Shown here one piece after another: positions 24,245-37,626 of a stretch of DNA of 64,000 bases. Made by a program: the position numbers and the translations under genes. Source of the stretch: Octopus vulgaris (lineage: Eukaryota); contig OX597821.1 of assembly GCA_951406725.2 (NCBI GenBank), positions 22,444,001 to 22,508,000 of the forward strand, given 5' to 3'. The notes under the pieces were generated by a model. It saw only the letters and a list, made by a program, of their open reading frames with translations. It ran no database searches and was not told the DNA's origin. How positions within the stretch are numbered: position 1 is the first letter of the stretch; each line of letters opens with the position of its first letter.

Positions 24245-25970
24245 ATATATACCCCACCGACTTTGTTGCCCCATAACTTCCAGAAACATCGATATTTTTT
24301 AATGGAACTTTCGACAAATAATTGCTTAGATCCTGTAGATGGAGTGTATGTCCAGATTTGTTGCAGAAAAGTTCTTTCCAGGGTTAGGGAGAGGGTTTTC
24401 GGAAAAATCACACGGCCCGACATCCCCCCCCTCCCGTAACTTTCAGGAAAATGGGTATTTCTTAATGGAATTTTATACAAATACCCTTCAAACGGTGTAG
24501 ATTACGATTACAAAGAAATTAGTAAGCGGCGTTGGGTGGAGTTTCTGGAAAACGGAGTTTCGGATCAGACGGCCCACATAAGTTGGAATTTCTCCGTTCT
24601 GACGGGGATTTTTCCCAATTTTTTGTTTTCAGCACAGTTTTTGGAGTTACGGGAGGCATCTTTTCACAAAAAAAAAATTTTTTTCACTCCCGCCACCCCT
24701 CACCACCTTAGTCCGGATCGATTTTGGCCAATTTTCTTTTTTTTTTTCTTTTCTTACTACGCTCTTAAAACCTGCGAGAGAAACATTTTAGGTTAAAAAA
24801 AAATTATAATTTCAGAGGAAAATGTGTGATTTAAAGGAGATCTGGCTGTTGTTTCTAGCACAGGCCAAGCACTCTCTCCTCGTTTCTTTTCTCAGTCTCA
24901 CATCTATTGATGTTTTTCAATATTTTTCTCCCCATAAACACACTTTATGGAATGATGATGCCAAAGTAACACACGCGTAGTCCATTGCTGCGATATCAGC
25001 AAAGAAAAAAAGAAATGATGGTAATTTAAATTTTTCCTCGCACCGCAACCGAGCCAGGCCGTGGTATGTGTGTTAGATAAAGACATTTTCTAACAGAAAA
25101 GTATGCTATCAAAATAAATCATCTTTTACATATCTCTTATTAAAATCACTCTGGATAAATCCCAGCAATAAATCTTCTCAGGCTTTCCAATATTTTAGAA
25201 TTATATAACAGAATCGGGGTCAGGGGGTGGGGCTAAAAAAAAATCATAGATTTTCAAAGTTTTCTTTTTTTATAGCATAAATGTGTTTATGGGGGAAAAT
25301 ATTGAAAAACAATACATATTTCAGTGAGAAAAAATAAGGAAGGTGGTCTTGCGATGTGCTAGAAACAACAGCCAAATCTCTCTTAAATCAGACTTTCCTC
25401 TAAAAAGGTTTCATTTTCTTTCTTTTTTTTTATTTAACCGAAAAGGTTTCTCTCGTGTTTTTTTTTTAAGTGTGTTGTGAAAAAGAAAAAGAAAAAAAAT
25501 GGTCAAAATCGGTCCGGACTGGGTTGGATGGCTGGAGCGAAAAAAATCATAAATTTTCAAAATTTTCTTTTTTCTTTTTGTCAAAAAATGCCTCCCATCA
25601 TTCCGAAGACTACTGAAAAGAAAAAATTGAAAAAAAATCCCCGTCAAAACGGAGAAATTCCAACTTATGTGGGCCGTCTGATCGGAAACTATTCTCCCTT
25701 CCAAAAGATTTTGCCTCCAGATTTCTTCGTAATCGTTTGAAAGGTTTTTGTATAAAAATTTCATTAAAAAAAATGAATTAATTTCCTGAAAGTTACGAGG
25801 CGGGAAATGTCGGGTCGTGGGAACTTTCCGAAACTTCCCACCACCACCATCACCTTTGCATTCATTCATTCATTCTACAGGATCTAAGCGATTATTTGTT
25901 GAAGGTTTCGTTAAAAAGTCTCCGTGTTTTCCTGGAAGTTATGAGGCCACAAAGTCGGCCGGGTAGGCTT
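24245..25970. repeat. Large diverged foldback (~700-bp inverted arms, ~320-bp spacer)
   Basis: Colinear reverse-complement blocks, e.g. GATCAGACGGCCCACATAAGTTGGAATTTCTCCGT (~24565) vs ACGGAGAAATTCCAACTTATGTGGGCCGTCTGATC (~25650); CTTAGATCCTGTAGA vs TCTACAGGATCTAAG. Confidence 0.8.
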
Positions 25971-26689
25971 TGTATATAATTCTTGAGCCAATTTACTTTC
26001 CCAGTCTTCTCCTTCCTCCTCCTCCTCTCTCCCCCTCCTCCTCCTCCTCACGACCACCCAAAACATCTTTTTGTGACTTACGAAAACTTCCTGTTTGTTG
26101 CTTCTTGTCCTCCTCTGACACATTTCATATTTAAAAGAAATCTCTTTGTTTTATTCTCTCTACTTATCTGAGGAGGACACATTACTCTCGTCACGGATAT
26201 TATTTCATCTCAGTTTTTTTTCCCCCTCGTGTGTGTTTAATTCATGTAAGTTTCTCTTTAATAATCATTTATTCCCTCTCTCTCTGTATATATATAAATG
26301 TATGTTCTGTATTTATTGTTGCTTCAGTGTTTGTCTCGTTATTATTTTTCTTCCGTCTCTTCATATCTCGTCGAGGTAAGCCTATTCTTCCATTTGTCTG
26401 GGGACGATTAAATACTGAGGTTGATATATTCAACTAACCTCCTCAAATTTGTGGCCTTCTGCCCAAATTAGAAAGCGTTATGAGTTTGTCTCCCACCTTC
26501 TTCAGGCTGATGAAATAAGTACGGCTCGATGTAATTCACTTGCTTCCTTCCCGAAAATTGCTGGTCTTGTATTAATATTTAAAATCATCATCGTCGTTAT
26601 GACTATTAAGATGAGCTGACTCTTCGGTTCAAAATCTGTCACAGTTGACTTTGCTTTTCATTCTCTTTGGGTCGATAAAATAAAGTACC

Positions 26690-26870
26690 TATTTCTTTAT
26701 TACCCACAAGGGGCTAAACACAGAGGGGACAAACAAGGACAGACATAGGTTATAGTCTATTACATCGACCCCAGTGCGTAACTGGTACTTAATTTATCGA
26801 CCCCGAAAGGATGAAAGGCAAAGTCGACCTCGGCGGAATTTGAACTCACAACGTAACGCAGACGAAATAC
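26690..26870 (-). mobile_element. Young 5'-truncated SINE-B inserted antisense in an older SINE-B
   Basis: 17-bp TSD CGATAAAATAAAGTACC at 26673-26689 and 26871-26887. Confidence 0.9.
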
Positions 26871-27043
26871 CGATAAAATAAAGTACCAGCCGAGTACTGG
26901 AGTCGATATAATTGACCTAGCTCCCTCCATTCAAAACTCCCGAACTTGTGGTTAAAATCTATAACTGTTACTAAGCGGCTGCTGATGGGTAAAAGTGGTA
27001 GAGCATGTGATGTTGAATGGGGCCTACTCAGAGAAACTGAACT

Positions 27044-27366
27044 GGCACTCCGTCGGTCACGATGACGATGAGTCCCAGTTGATCCGATCAGCAGAACAGC
27101 CTGCTCGTGAAATTAACGGGCAAGTGGCTGAGTACTCCACAGACACATATTCTTACAACAATTCTCAGTGAGATTCAACATGACAACAGAATGTGAGAAG
27201 GCCGGCCCTTTGAAAAGTAGGTACTACTCATTTTTGCCAGCTGAGTGAACTGGAGCAACGTGAAATAAAGTGTCTTGCTCTAGGACACAGCACACCCCTG
27301 GGAATTGAACCCATGACCTTACATTCGTGAGCTGATTACCCTAACTACTAAGCCACATGCCTTCAC
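27044..27366 (-). mobile_element. SINE family D, CORE-like body variant
   Basis: tRNA-like head (A/B boxes), GTGTCCTAGAGCAAGACACTTT CORE-like block, 3' ~180 bp shared with 30807-31186. Confidence 0.75.
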
Positions 27367-28552
27367 TGTGGGTATACTTTTCTAAAGAGAAAAGAAACCC
27401 AGAGAGGACAGTTTTGATGCTGGATATGTGGCTGAATTTGGGCCTTTTTTGTAAAAGTTTCCCCTCAATTATTCTAGATAATCATACTCCCCAATTGGGG
27501 AACTTCCTTCTTTGAACTTAGTCTTATGTCATTTTTGTTGACTGAGATTTTTTTTGTTTTATTTTTAATCTGAGTAAACCCTGCTTTTTGTGTGATTGTA
27601 TTTCTTCTTGTAAGCTCCTCTGTGTCTTGGAACCATTGTATTCAATGAATACAAGGTCAATGTATAATGAAAACCTTGCTCCAAAATTTCAGGCTTTGTG
27701 CCTATTTTTACAAAAATCTTTCTTAAGTGTTGGGAGGGCTATTTTAAAATGACTTGCAGAATTTAGTCACACATGTCCTTCATCTGTTTTGAATTAAATA
27801 TCTTTGCAGAGCCTACATTACCTTATTTCCTACTGGTTCCATCTCACAAACTACAAACAACTATACCCTAACCCACATTAAGCTAGTAGCCTTGAGCCTA
27901 GTTTGGAAATCAGTTATAAGGCAAGGGCGGTAGATAACAGAATGGATTCAACACCAGAGAAACTTCTTTACAAGTATATCATTGTCCTATCAGTAATTAT
28001 ACCATATAAATTACGGGGACATAAACACACCAACACTGGTTGTCAAGTGATGGCAGGAGACAGACATAAAGACACTCACACACGCACATATATATATGAC
28101 AGGCTTCTATCAGCTTCCATCTACCAATCTACTCAAGGCTTTGATCAGATTGAGGCTATAGTAAAAGACACCTGCCCTAGGTGCCACCATGTGGTGAATC
28201 TGAATCCAGAACCATGTGGTTAGGAAACAACCTTCTTCCCACACTGCCACATTTTATGAAACTCTTTCTCTCTTCCTCCATCCCCACCATAAACTGCAAC
28301 CTAGAAAAGTAGGTCTCCATTTGGCCCTTTCATTACCATGTTTTCATTGGTTGAAATACATTGCTTTCGTTTTAATTATTTTTGAAGAGAAAGAAGAATC
28401 CAAGAATTCTGTTAAGTGAGTCTATCATTATTAAGTTGAAACTGGAACATAAATTGAAATGAAATTTTGATGCAACATTTAAAAAATTTAGATGGAAGTT
28501 TTTATTATATGTACAGGGACAGTGTCAGGTGGTTTGAAAGCCAAAACGCAAT

Positions 28553-28752
28553 ACTCTTTTACTTGTTTCAGTCATTTGACTGCAGCCATGCTGGAGCACC
28601 GCCTTTAGTCGAGCAACTCGACCCCGGGACTTATTCTTTGTAAGCCCAGTACTTATTCTATCGGTTTCTTTTGCCGAACCGCTAAGTGACGGGGACGTAA
28701 ACACACTAGCATCGGTTGTCAAGCAATGCTAGGGGGACAAACACACACACAT

Positions 28753-28785
<33 letters not shown>

Positions 28786-28947
28786 CGACAGGCTTCTTTC
28801 AGTTTCCGTCTACCAAATCCACTCACAAGGCTTTGGTCAGCCCGGGGCTATAGCAGAAGACACTTTCCCAAGATGCCATGCAGTGGGACTGAACCCGGAA
28901 CCATATGGTTGGTTAGCAAGCTACTTACCACACAGCCACTCCTGCGC
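28553..28947 (-). mobile_element. SINE family A, young full-length copy (likely an octopus OR/OK-type SINE)
   Basis: Head GCGCAGGAGTGGCTGTGTGG (A box)...GGTTCAGTCCC (B box), CORE-like block, internal (TA)/(TG), AAGTAAAAGAGT tail. More than 25 related copies or fragments in the window. Confidence 0.9.
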
Positions 28948-29029
28948 AATGATTGAGTTAGATATAACTTCATTACAGCTTTGATAAGAAATAATATATA
29001 AATTGCTTGTGTACAACAATAATCATATC

Positions 29030-29386
29030 CTTTACTCTCTTTCACTTGTTTCAGCCATTTTGACTGGCCATGTTGGAGCATTGCCTTTAGTAGAGCAAAT
29101 CGACTAGTACTTATTCTATTGGACTCTTTTGCCGAACCGTTAAGTTACGGGGACGTAAGCACACCAGCATCGGTTGTCAAGCGATTTTGTGGGGGACAAA
29201 CACATTCACACAAACGTATACACACACACACATATATATATATACGACAGGCTTCTTTCACTTTCCGTCTACCAAATCCACTCACGAGGATTTGGTTGAC
29301 CTGAGGCTATAGTAGAAGACACTTGCCCAAGGTGCCACCATGTGGTTCGTAAGCAAGCTACATACTACACAGCCACTCCAATGCCT
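29030..29386 (-). mobile_element. SINE family A copy
   Basis: Colinear with 28553-28947 apart from small deletions. Confidence 0.85.
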
Positions 29387-30806
29387 ATACATAAATACTC
29401 AACTATAAAATAGGGTTGTACAAAAACATTCAGTGAATGCTACAGGTAGTGAAACATTTAGCCAGCAAGCTTGGGATTAGAAGTAACCTAGATTTGGGGA
29501 TTTTCCAGTTTTTTGCCTGGAACAAGAAGAAAGACAAATATACATAGCAACTGTCTTAACAAACCTGCTATACAGCATGTATGCCATGAAAATCAAAACT
29601 AAAAAAAGAAAGAAAAAACTTCAGTTGACAATTGACACACTACTATAAAGCTGGTTTCAAATGGAGTTGGTTTTCCACCAGGTGAATAAATGATCTGGTA
29701 CCTGTATTCCTAGTGTGCCATTCGTTTGTTTTAGTTTAGTTTAGTTCAGAAGTGAGTGACAGATAGTAGTATTTCTTAGAATGTTTTTGTGAGTATGCTT
29801 TGATTTATCTCTGTAATGACATCTAACTGTAAACTGTGCACCACTTCTGACTGTGGGCACAAAAAGAATATGAGAAGTGTAACATGTTATGGAAATTCAA
29901 AAATTAGACAACAGTCTAGGTATTAGAAAAGTCCTTGCTTTGGTCTACAAGCAGCAATTGTAGAAACAAATGGCAGTTATGCTGACAAAAAATTCAAGCT
30001 TTTGCTTAATAATGCCATCTATGTTTAAAAATTTTTCGTTACCATACTTCACTTGAAAATACACCCTCTTTATTTCGTTTATGTATGGAAATAATGAAAA
30101 ATGAAGTAAAATTACTTAACTGTTTTTAAGCTGATGTTTGGAGCACAAATTCACATGAAACTTTGTATGGAAATTTTGATTTTGACAACATTGGAAGTTT
30201 TGTACCATAGAACTAAGAGTAGTCTTGGGTAGGTTGATATCAAGAGTTAAAAGTCTTTCTACATTTTCTACTTTGTTGGGTCTATTCTGATCGTGTAACA
30301 CTTCTAACTGCTAGGAAAATAGATTAGGAATAGAATCAGCATAGTGAAAGATGTTGAAAAGGGCATTGCAACATCACTAGTGTTGGTGCCACAAAACAAT
30401 GCACAGTGTATATTGTATAAAGTGGTAGGTATTACGAAATGCACCCAGCCCTGAAACTGAGATGACTGAGCAACACCTAGTCCTTTGACCTATCTAGGAG
30501 GGCTGTAACTCCAATAAGATCTGGACTCTGTCAAAATGTCCAGTCCATACCATCATGGTAAGCGATGAGATAGAAGACATGCATTTGAGTAACACTCCAT
30601 GTTTACTATTTGCGATACAAATAGAAGTGGTTTTTTTTTTGTTTGTTTTCTTCATGGCCTCAAGAAAAAATGCCTGGTAATGTTGGAAGTGAATGTTTGA
30701 CGAGTCATTGTTGTTTTTAGCGTTTTATGAATTGCTCAAAGCTGCATAACGTTTGAGAAAAAGATGGACAAAGAGAAGGAAGTTAAAAAATAAGCGTGTG
30801 GTAGAA

Positions 30807-31186
30807 GCACTCCGTCGGTTACGACGATGAGGGTTCCGGTTGATCCGAATCAACGGAACAGCCTGCTCGTGAAATTAACGTGTAAGTGGCTGAGCACTCC
30901 ACAGACACGTGTACCCTTAACGTAGTTCACAGGGATATTTAGCGTGACACAGAGAGTGACAAGGCCAGCCCCTTGAAATACAGGTACAACAGAAACAGGA
31001 AGTAAGAGTGAGAGAAAGTTGTGGTGAAAGAGTACAGCAGGGATCACCACCATCCCCTGCCGGAGCCTCGTGGAGCTTTAGGTGTTTTCGCTCAATAAAC
31101 ACTCACAACGCCCGGTCTGGGAATCGAAGCCACGATCCTATGACTGCGAGTCCGCTGCCCTAACCACTGGGCCATTGCGCCTCCAC
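30807..31186 (-). mobile_element. SINE family D, alternative body variant
   Basis: tRNA-like head GGAGGCGCAATGGCCCAGTGGTTAGGGCAGCGGACTCGCAGTC...TTCGATTCCC; tail shared with 27044-27366. Confidence 0.8.
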
Positions 31187-32874
31187 AAAAAAAAAAAAAA
31201 AAAGCAGGACAGTACTGAGTGGCTACAACAATTATTACAAAGGATTATATGAATAGATTCGGGCATGGCTTTGTGATTAAGAAGCTCTCTTTGCAACCAC
31301 TTTGTTTCCAGTTCAGTTCCACTGCACAACACTTGGGCAAGTGAATTAGGCAGAGGGAAACTGTCTGGAAGCCTGCCATTTGTATATAATGTGTGTTTGT
31401 GTTCGTCCTCCCCCCACTTGAAAACTGGGGTGGGCTTGTTTATACCCCATAACTTAGCGGTTTGCAAAAGAGAATAACAGAATAAGTGCCAGATTAAAAA
31501 AAAAAATAATCTCTGGGGAATCAGTTTATTTGACTAAACCCACTGAGGCAGTACCCCAGTATGGCCACAGTCCAGTGATTGAAACAAACAAAAGATAAAA
31601 GGGGAAATGCACAAGAACAAACTGTGAACATATTTATTTAAACCCTTTTGTTGTCATATTTCTGTTGAAGTAAACTGGCTTTATTTCAGTTAATTTTGAA
31701 AATGAAAAATTTGATATAAGAACATGAAGATGGCTTTTGGCGAGGGGGGGGGGATAAGTCAGAGAAAAGCTTATGAATGATGACAAAAGAACTTTGACAA
31801 ACAAAAAATAAAAAAAAAAATGATTGACTGTTTAACCAACAAGTTAAACAAATGATTGATTAGTTTGTTGGCTAATAATTAATAAGTAGAAATTGGCATA
31901 TTTACTCTCCCAAGACAACTAAATTGATATAAGAAAATGTCTTTATTACCCTGATGTTTGGAACATAAATTAATGTGAAATTTTACTGGAAGAAATTAGT
32001 TCAAATCACAGGAAATTCATATCATAGAACCAGGGGTATTTTCAGACAAGCTGGTATCAAAAGGGTTAAGAAAATAATTATCGTATTTGTTTCCATTAAA
32101 CTTTCTTAGACGTCTATATAAGCATACGCATCCATGTGTATTTCAATACTTTGATCCTATAAGGCTGGTAGAATCGTTAGGAGACTAGACAAAATACTTA
32201 GCAGTATTTCACCCATCTTTACATTCTGAGTTCAAATGCCACCAAGGTTGACTTCGCCTTTCATCTTTTCAGAGCCATTAAAATATGTACTAGTTGAAAT
32301 CTGGGATCAATGTAATCGACTTATCAAACTTCCCACAACATTGCTGGCCTTGTACCAAAATTTGAAAGCAATATTCTGAGCCTATAAGGTTTCGGTAGTG
32401 TTCTTGTGACTAGGAACATAGTTCTTGTTTATTTTTCATGGGGCTTATAGGCAAATTAGTTTTGCTTTGTGCTATCCATGATATGTTAGCTGTTGTTGTT
32501 TAGCCCAGGGTCGTCCCTGATCAAGCAGAGCTATGATGATGTGAGCAGGAGTTTATTATCATGCCCTAAGAATATTTATATACAGCAGTAGCAGCACTGT
32601 GTTTGGTATAAGAAAAATAGTTTGAAGGTCTGTGATATTTGTGTGTATACAGCAGCAGTGTCCCTGATATGTAAGCAGTCTTGCAATGTGGGTCTACAGC
32701 AGCCATGTCTATGCATTTGGGTACAGTAGCACTGTGTTACATTTATGAGAAGTACTGTTATGTGGATGTACAGTGTTTCTGTGTGTAGTAGCTCTGTCTT
32801 AGATATTTGAATAGTACAGTAATGTGAGTGCCTTTACAATGTTTGTTGTGTATGACAGCACTATCCAGATTTAA

Positions 32875-33092
32875 CCCTTTTGTTACTAACCCGGCCAAAA
32901 CCGGCTCTGGCTCTATGGTAAAATGTCCCACTTTCATAAGTTTTGAATTAAAATATTCCACCAAACCTTAGCCACAATTTACATTCCTAACACTAGCTGA
33001 ATGATAACAGTTGTTTTACTAAATTCTTTGTTATATTTAAAATGATTGAAAGAAACACAGAACATCTCAAAATAAATACAGTAACGAAAGGG
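32875..33092. mobile_element. piggyBac-type MITE, family 1
   Basis: TTAA TSDs; TIR CCCTTTTGTTACT / AGTAACGAAAGGG. Confidence 0.9.
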
Positions 33093-33412
33093 TTAAGAGC
33101 AATACTGTTTGTGGATCTACAATGTTTCAGAACCTAGAGCAGCTCTGAAGTTTAGATCTGTGTTTGTGCATTTAACTGCACTGTCCAGATATGAAAGCAG
33201 TACTGTTTTGTGGATCAAGGATGTTTCAGATCCTAGAACTGTCCTAGGTATGGGAGCAGTTCTGAAGTTGAGATTAGTACTTGTGCATTTAGCAGTATCC
33301 CAGACATGTGAGGAACAATGTGGATCTAGATTGTTTGTTGATCAGCAATACTGTACTGCAGTTCTATGGCAGCAAAGTATGTGCAGTCGCAGCACTATCC
33401 CAGATATGTTAA

Positions 33413-33632
33413 CCCTTTCATTACTAACCCGGCTGAAACCGGTCTGGCTCTGAGTACAAATGTCTTGTTTTCATAAGTTTTGAATTGAAATCTTCCACCA
33501 AACCTTTAGTTACAATTAATGTTCCTAACACTAGCTGAATGATAACTAAGTTATTTTACTAAATTCTTTGTTATATTTAAAGTAATTGAAAGGAACACAG
33601 AGCATCTCAAAATAAATACAGTAACGAAAGGG
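33413..33632. mobile_element. piggyBac-type MITE, family 1
   Basis: TTAA TSDs, CCC...GGG termini, near-identical to 32875-33092. Confidence 0.9.
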
Positions 33633-34384
33633 TTAAAAGTACTTTAATGTGATCTTAGAGCAATAGTTCTCAGAATGACAGGTATCAGCCCACCTTGGCA
33701 AATATTAAGGAAGTGTTTTGTCTCCCCACTTCTTTAATAAGTAAACGAAATAGCTTATGTCCATATAATTCTTCCATCTTCAACTGATATTTAGCAAGTT
33801 TAAAATCTTGATTTCATTAAAATATTACAATTTGTGTGGCCCCCACATTACTTTTTAGTAATGTGTAAATCAGAATTTCTTAGAAAATATGCCTCTGAGT
33901 GGTGTAACCATACCTAGTGGTGTTGAGTCTTACAAGTGGTCAAGATGAATAAACATGAGTTCAATTTCTCCACTAGACTTACACTTTCTAGACCAGTGAT
34001 TCTAAAAAAATATTTTATTAATCTATGGACCCCTTTGATTACTATTTTATTCTAATAGAACCCCATAACCATTCTATGTTTAGAAACTAGTTCTATAGAT
34101 ACTTCTTTCAATGTTCTTATTTTACTTTTCACCCATTAACTAGTGCAGGTAGGACTTTGTGGTTAGGGTGATGAGTACACAACTGTTGTAGATCCAGAGT
34201 TTTTGATTCTCAGACTAGGTAGCACGTTGTGTCCATTGAACAAAGTACTTTCCCCCCAGACACACTACTCCAGTAAAAAAAAAAAAAAAAGTTACTTTTT
34301 CAAGTCATACCGACTCGTAAGGTCCACTCTCATGGTGTATATATTCTTCACCTGGACGAGATGCCAGTCCGTCGCAGGATTTTA

Positions 34385-34599
34385 CTTTTTACTTTTTTAT
34401 TGTTTCAGTCATTTGACTGTGGCCATGCTAGAGCACCGCCTTTAGTCGAGCAACTCGACCCCGGGACTTATTCTTTGGAAGCCCAGTACTTATTTTATCG
34501 GTCTTTTTTGCCGAACCACTAAGTGACAGGGACGTAAACACACCAGCATCGGTTGTCAAGCAATGCTAAGGGGACAAACACAGACACACAAACATATAT

Positions 34600-34632
<33 letters not shown>

Positions 34633-34804
34633 CATATATACGACGGGCTTCTTTCAGTTTCCATCTACCAAATCTACTCACAAGGCATTGGTCGGCCCGG
34701 GGCTATAGCAGAAGACACTTGCCCAAGATGCCACGCAGTGGGACTGAACCCGGAACCATGTGGTTGGTAAGCAAGCTACTTACCACACAGCCACTCCTGC
34801 GCCT
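34385..34804 (-). mobile_element. SINE family A, young full-length copy nested in an older CORE-like SINE
   Basis: Full head-to-tail match; host sequence resumes at TCATTTTTGCC (~34807). Confidence 0.9.
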
Positions 34805-35369
34805 ATTCATTTTTGCCTGCTGAAATGAAGTGTTTTGCTGAAGAACACAGTGCGTTAGCTGGTCCAGGAATCGAAATCACAGTCTTATAATCACAAGCCC
34901 ATTACCCCAACCACTCAGTCACTTAACTGAAAATTAGTGCCAGAGTCAACTGGGAGGTAATCGTGTCCTGGAGCAGGGTCTTGTACTTTCAGCCTAAAAA
35001 TACCTTACAAATCTGGATAAGCTCTGACCTCATGAGCCCTTTTTAGGGCTCATGGCAGACTTTTTCTAATGAAATGGATTGTCTGAATAATTTTATTTTT
35101 TATTTTTGGAAATGAATCAAGAATTAGGACTGATTTAGTAAACAAACTTGTTTGCTTTTAAGCTGGTATTTGGAACATAACAAAAGTGTCTTTTAAAATG
35201 ATTACTGAAGACTTTTAATTAAAATGTGAATACATCTTTTAACGAGGTTTTCTTTCAAAGAAATTGAGAGTCTTATTCATACTGGTTAGTATCCAAAGGG
35301 TTAAGTCTATGTATTGTACTATTTTTTTAAGATACATATATACTTACACACAAACACTCATGCACACAC

Positions 35370-35421
<52 letters not shown>

Positions 35422-36202
35422 ACACACACACACACTGATATAAACAAATATACAGCTGTTTCTCTCAAATATTTCAAATACGTATCATCACAAATTCTCT
35501 CTGATATGTAATCAAGATTGTTGACTGCATGTATGTTTAATTAGAGATAAAGCAAATAATGTTATTTACAAGCCACCAAATTTCATATGAGTGGTGGTGG
35601 TGGTGGCGGCGGCAGTGGTGTTGTTGATGATAGTGGTTGTAGTTGTAGCAGTGTAACAAATAATGTATGAATACCAATAACGATGATGATGGTCTTTCAA
35701 TGAAGCAGAAACCTTGCCTCTATGAATGTCAGTGACACAAATTTGGTTGAATCTGATGCTTTTCTCAGATATAAGGCAATTTTATGTTTGAAGAATCATT
35801 TGCACATCAGACAAGATGCATTTCTTCCAGCATTTTACATTCAGAGTTCAGCTCCTACCAAGGTCAACTTTGCCTTTGCCCCAGCTGGGCTGTGCACCCA
35901 ACTTACCACATGCATTTGTCCCTTCAGTGTCTCAACTCTCAAACTTTGTGTTCTAAACACTTGGCCCAATGTTTCTTACCCAGAAATTTGTCTGGAATGC
36001 CAACTCCGTGTCTTTCTGTGGAGACAGTAGTCTATATCAGCTGAACTACTCTGTCCACTTCAGTGTGGAAGGACTAATCATGAATAAATAGATGAGAGGG
36101 AAAGTCTAAAACAAGTCTTCTCAAAAGATCTGATGATGTATGTATGATTTATTGGATGTGTAGGGAAGATTTGTTGAAGTTGAAGTTGAGTATGATCTAA
36201 AG

Positions 36203-36808
36203 CAGTGGTTCTCAACCATTTTTTTTTTTTTATCTGTGGACCCTTCTGATTCCTATTTTACTCAGATGGACCCTCCTAACCATTTGATGTTAACCCTTTA
36301 GCATTTAAACTGGTCATATCCAGCCAAAATATCTCACCTGTTTTATGTTCAAACTGACCAGATCCAAGCTCTCTCACCTACTCTACAAAGTTATTCTACA
36401 TTATTCACATCTTCGAAATCTCGAAGATCTTTGAAAGAATAACCTGAACACTAAAGTGTTAAGAAACTTATCTTATTTTTATAATGAAATATTAGGAAAC
36501 AATTGTTTATAAGCCATTTAAGAAACATGAAAACCATTAGATTCACTTCAACATTTAAATTTAATTGGTCGAAATATTTTCGTTGCTTTGAGACTGCGAC
36601 CTGTTCACTGACAAAATTCCCTTCCACGCTGCAATTGTTTTCGTTCCAGCGCACGATCTCAGATCAGATCACTCGCTATGCAAGTACATCTCCGAAATAT
36701 TAGGAAATGTATAAAAAGAATTTGCTGTGTATTGTCGAAGTATAAACAATTTGTTGCACATAATTTTCAACAGCAAAATCTTATATGGACTCTGGTTGGG
36801 AACCACTG
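36203..36808. mobile_element. hAT-like MITE containing a piggyBac-type MITE (~36295-36458) and another repeat
   Basis: TIRs CAGTGGTTCTCAACC / GGTTGGGAACCACTG; internal TTAA-CCCTTTAGCATT. Confidence 0.7.
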
Positions 36809-36912
36809 ATCGAATTGGATGTTTACTATGAACCTTCATGGTAATGAAACATAAATGTTAGATAGAGTAGGTCTGGGGTGGTTGGAGACTGATGTGATAG
36901 TATAAATTTTAA

Positions 36913-37124
36913 CCCTTTAGCAATTAAAACGGCCCAAAGATTTTACCTATTTTATGTTGAAACCAGCCAGATCCAGGCTCTCACACGTATCTTACGACGT
37001 CGTTCTAAAAAGGTGCAATCACATCATTGAAATTTCAAAGCTGTGAGATAATGAATGATTAATTCAAAACAATGTGATTAAAGAAAAGCATTACATTTGG
37101 CTGAGTAATCTGAATGCTAAAGAG
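36913..37124. mobile_element. piggyBac-type MITE, family 2
   Basis: TTAA TSDs; TIR CCCTTTAGCA / TGCTAAAGAG; also at 50249-50468, ~51560-52336 (interrupted) and ~56475-56693. Confidence 0.8.
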
Positions 37125-37213
37125 TTAAATGTGTTTTAAGTGTGGAAGATTTGTGGAGATTAGTGAGAAATGCAATAGAGTATGGTCTGTTGGTATGGTT
37201 TATAAACATAGAT

Positions 37214-37379
37214 AGGTGCAGGAGTGGCTGTGTGGTAAGTAGCTTGCTTACCAACCACATGGTTCCGGGTTCAGTTCCACTGCGTGGCACCTTGGGCAAG
37301 TGTCTTCTACTATAGCCTCGGGCCAACCAAAGCCTCGTGAGTGGATTTGGTAGACGGAAACTGAAAGAAGCCCGTCGTA

Positions 37380-37413
<34 letters not shown>

Positions 37414-37626
37414 TTTGTGTGTGTCTGTATTTGTACCCCCAACATCGCTTGACAACCGATGGTGGTGTGTTTACGTCCCCGTAACTTAGCGGTTCGGCAA
37501 AAGAGACCGATAGATTAAGTACTAGGCTTCCAAAGAATAAGTCCTGGGGTCGATTTGTTCGACTAAAAGGCGGTGCTCCAGCATGGCCACAGTCACATGA
37601 CTGAAACAAGTAAAAGAGTAAAGAGT
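37214..37626 (+). mobile_element. SINE family A, young full-length copy
   Basis: Complete head, body and (AAGAGTA) tail. Confidence 0.9.

Noticed and set aside
29645-29757. TATAAA followed by a GTGAGT donor (possible alternative promoter)
   Set aside because: Both motifs are expected by chance in AT-rich DNA; no other support.
31110-31186. SINE heads as real tRNA genes (also families A and B)
   Set aside because: Cloverleaf stems are imperfect and each runs into a multi-copy SINE body.
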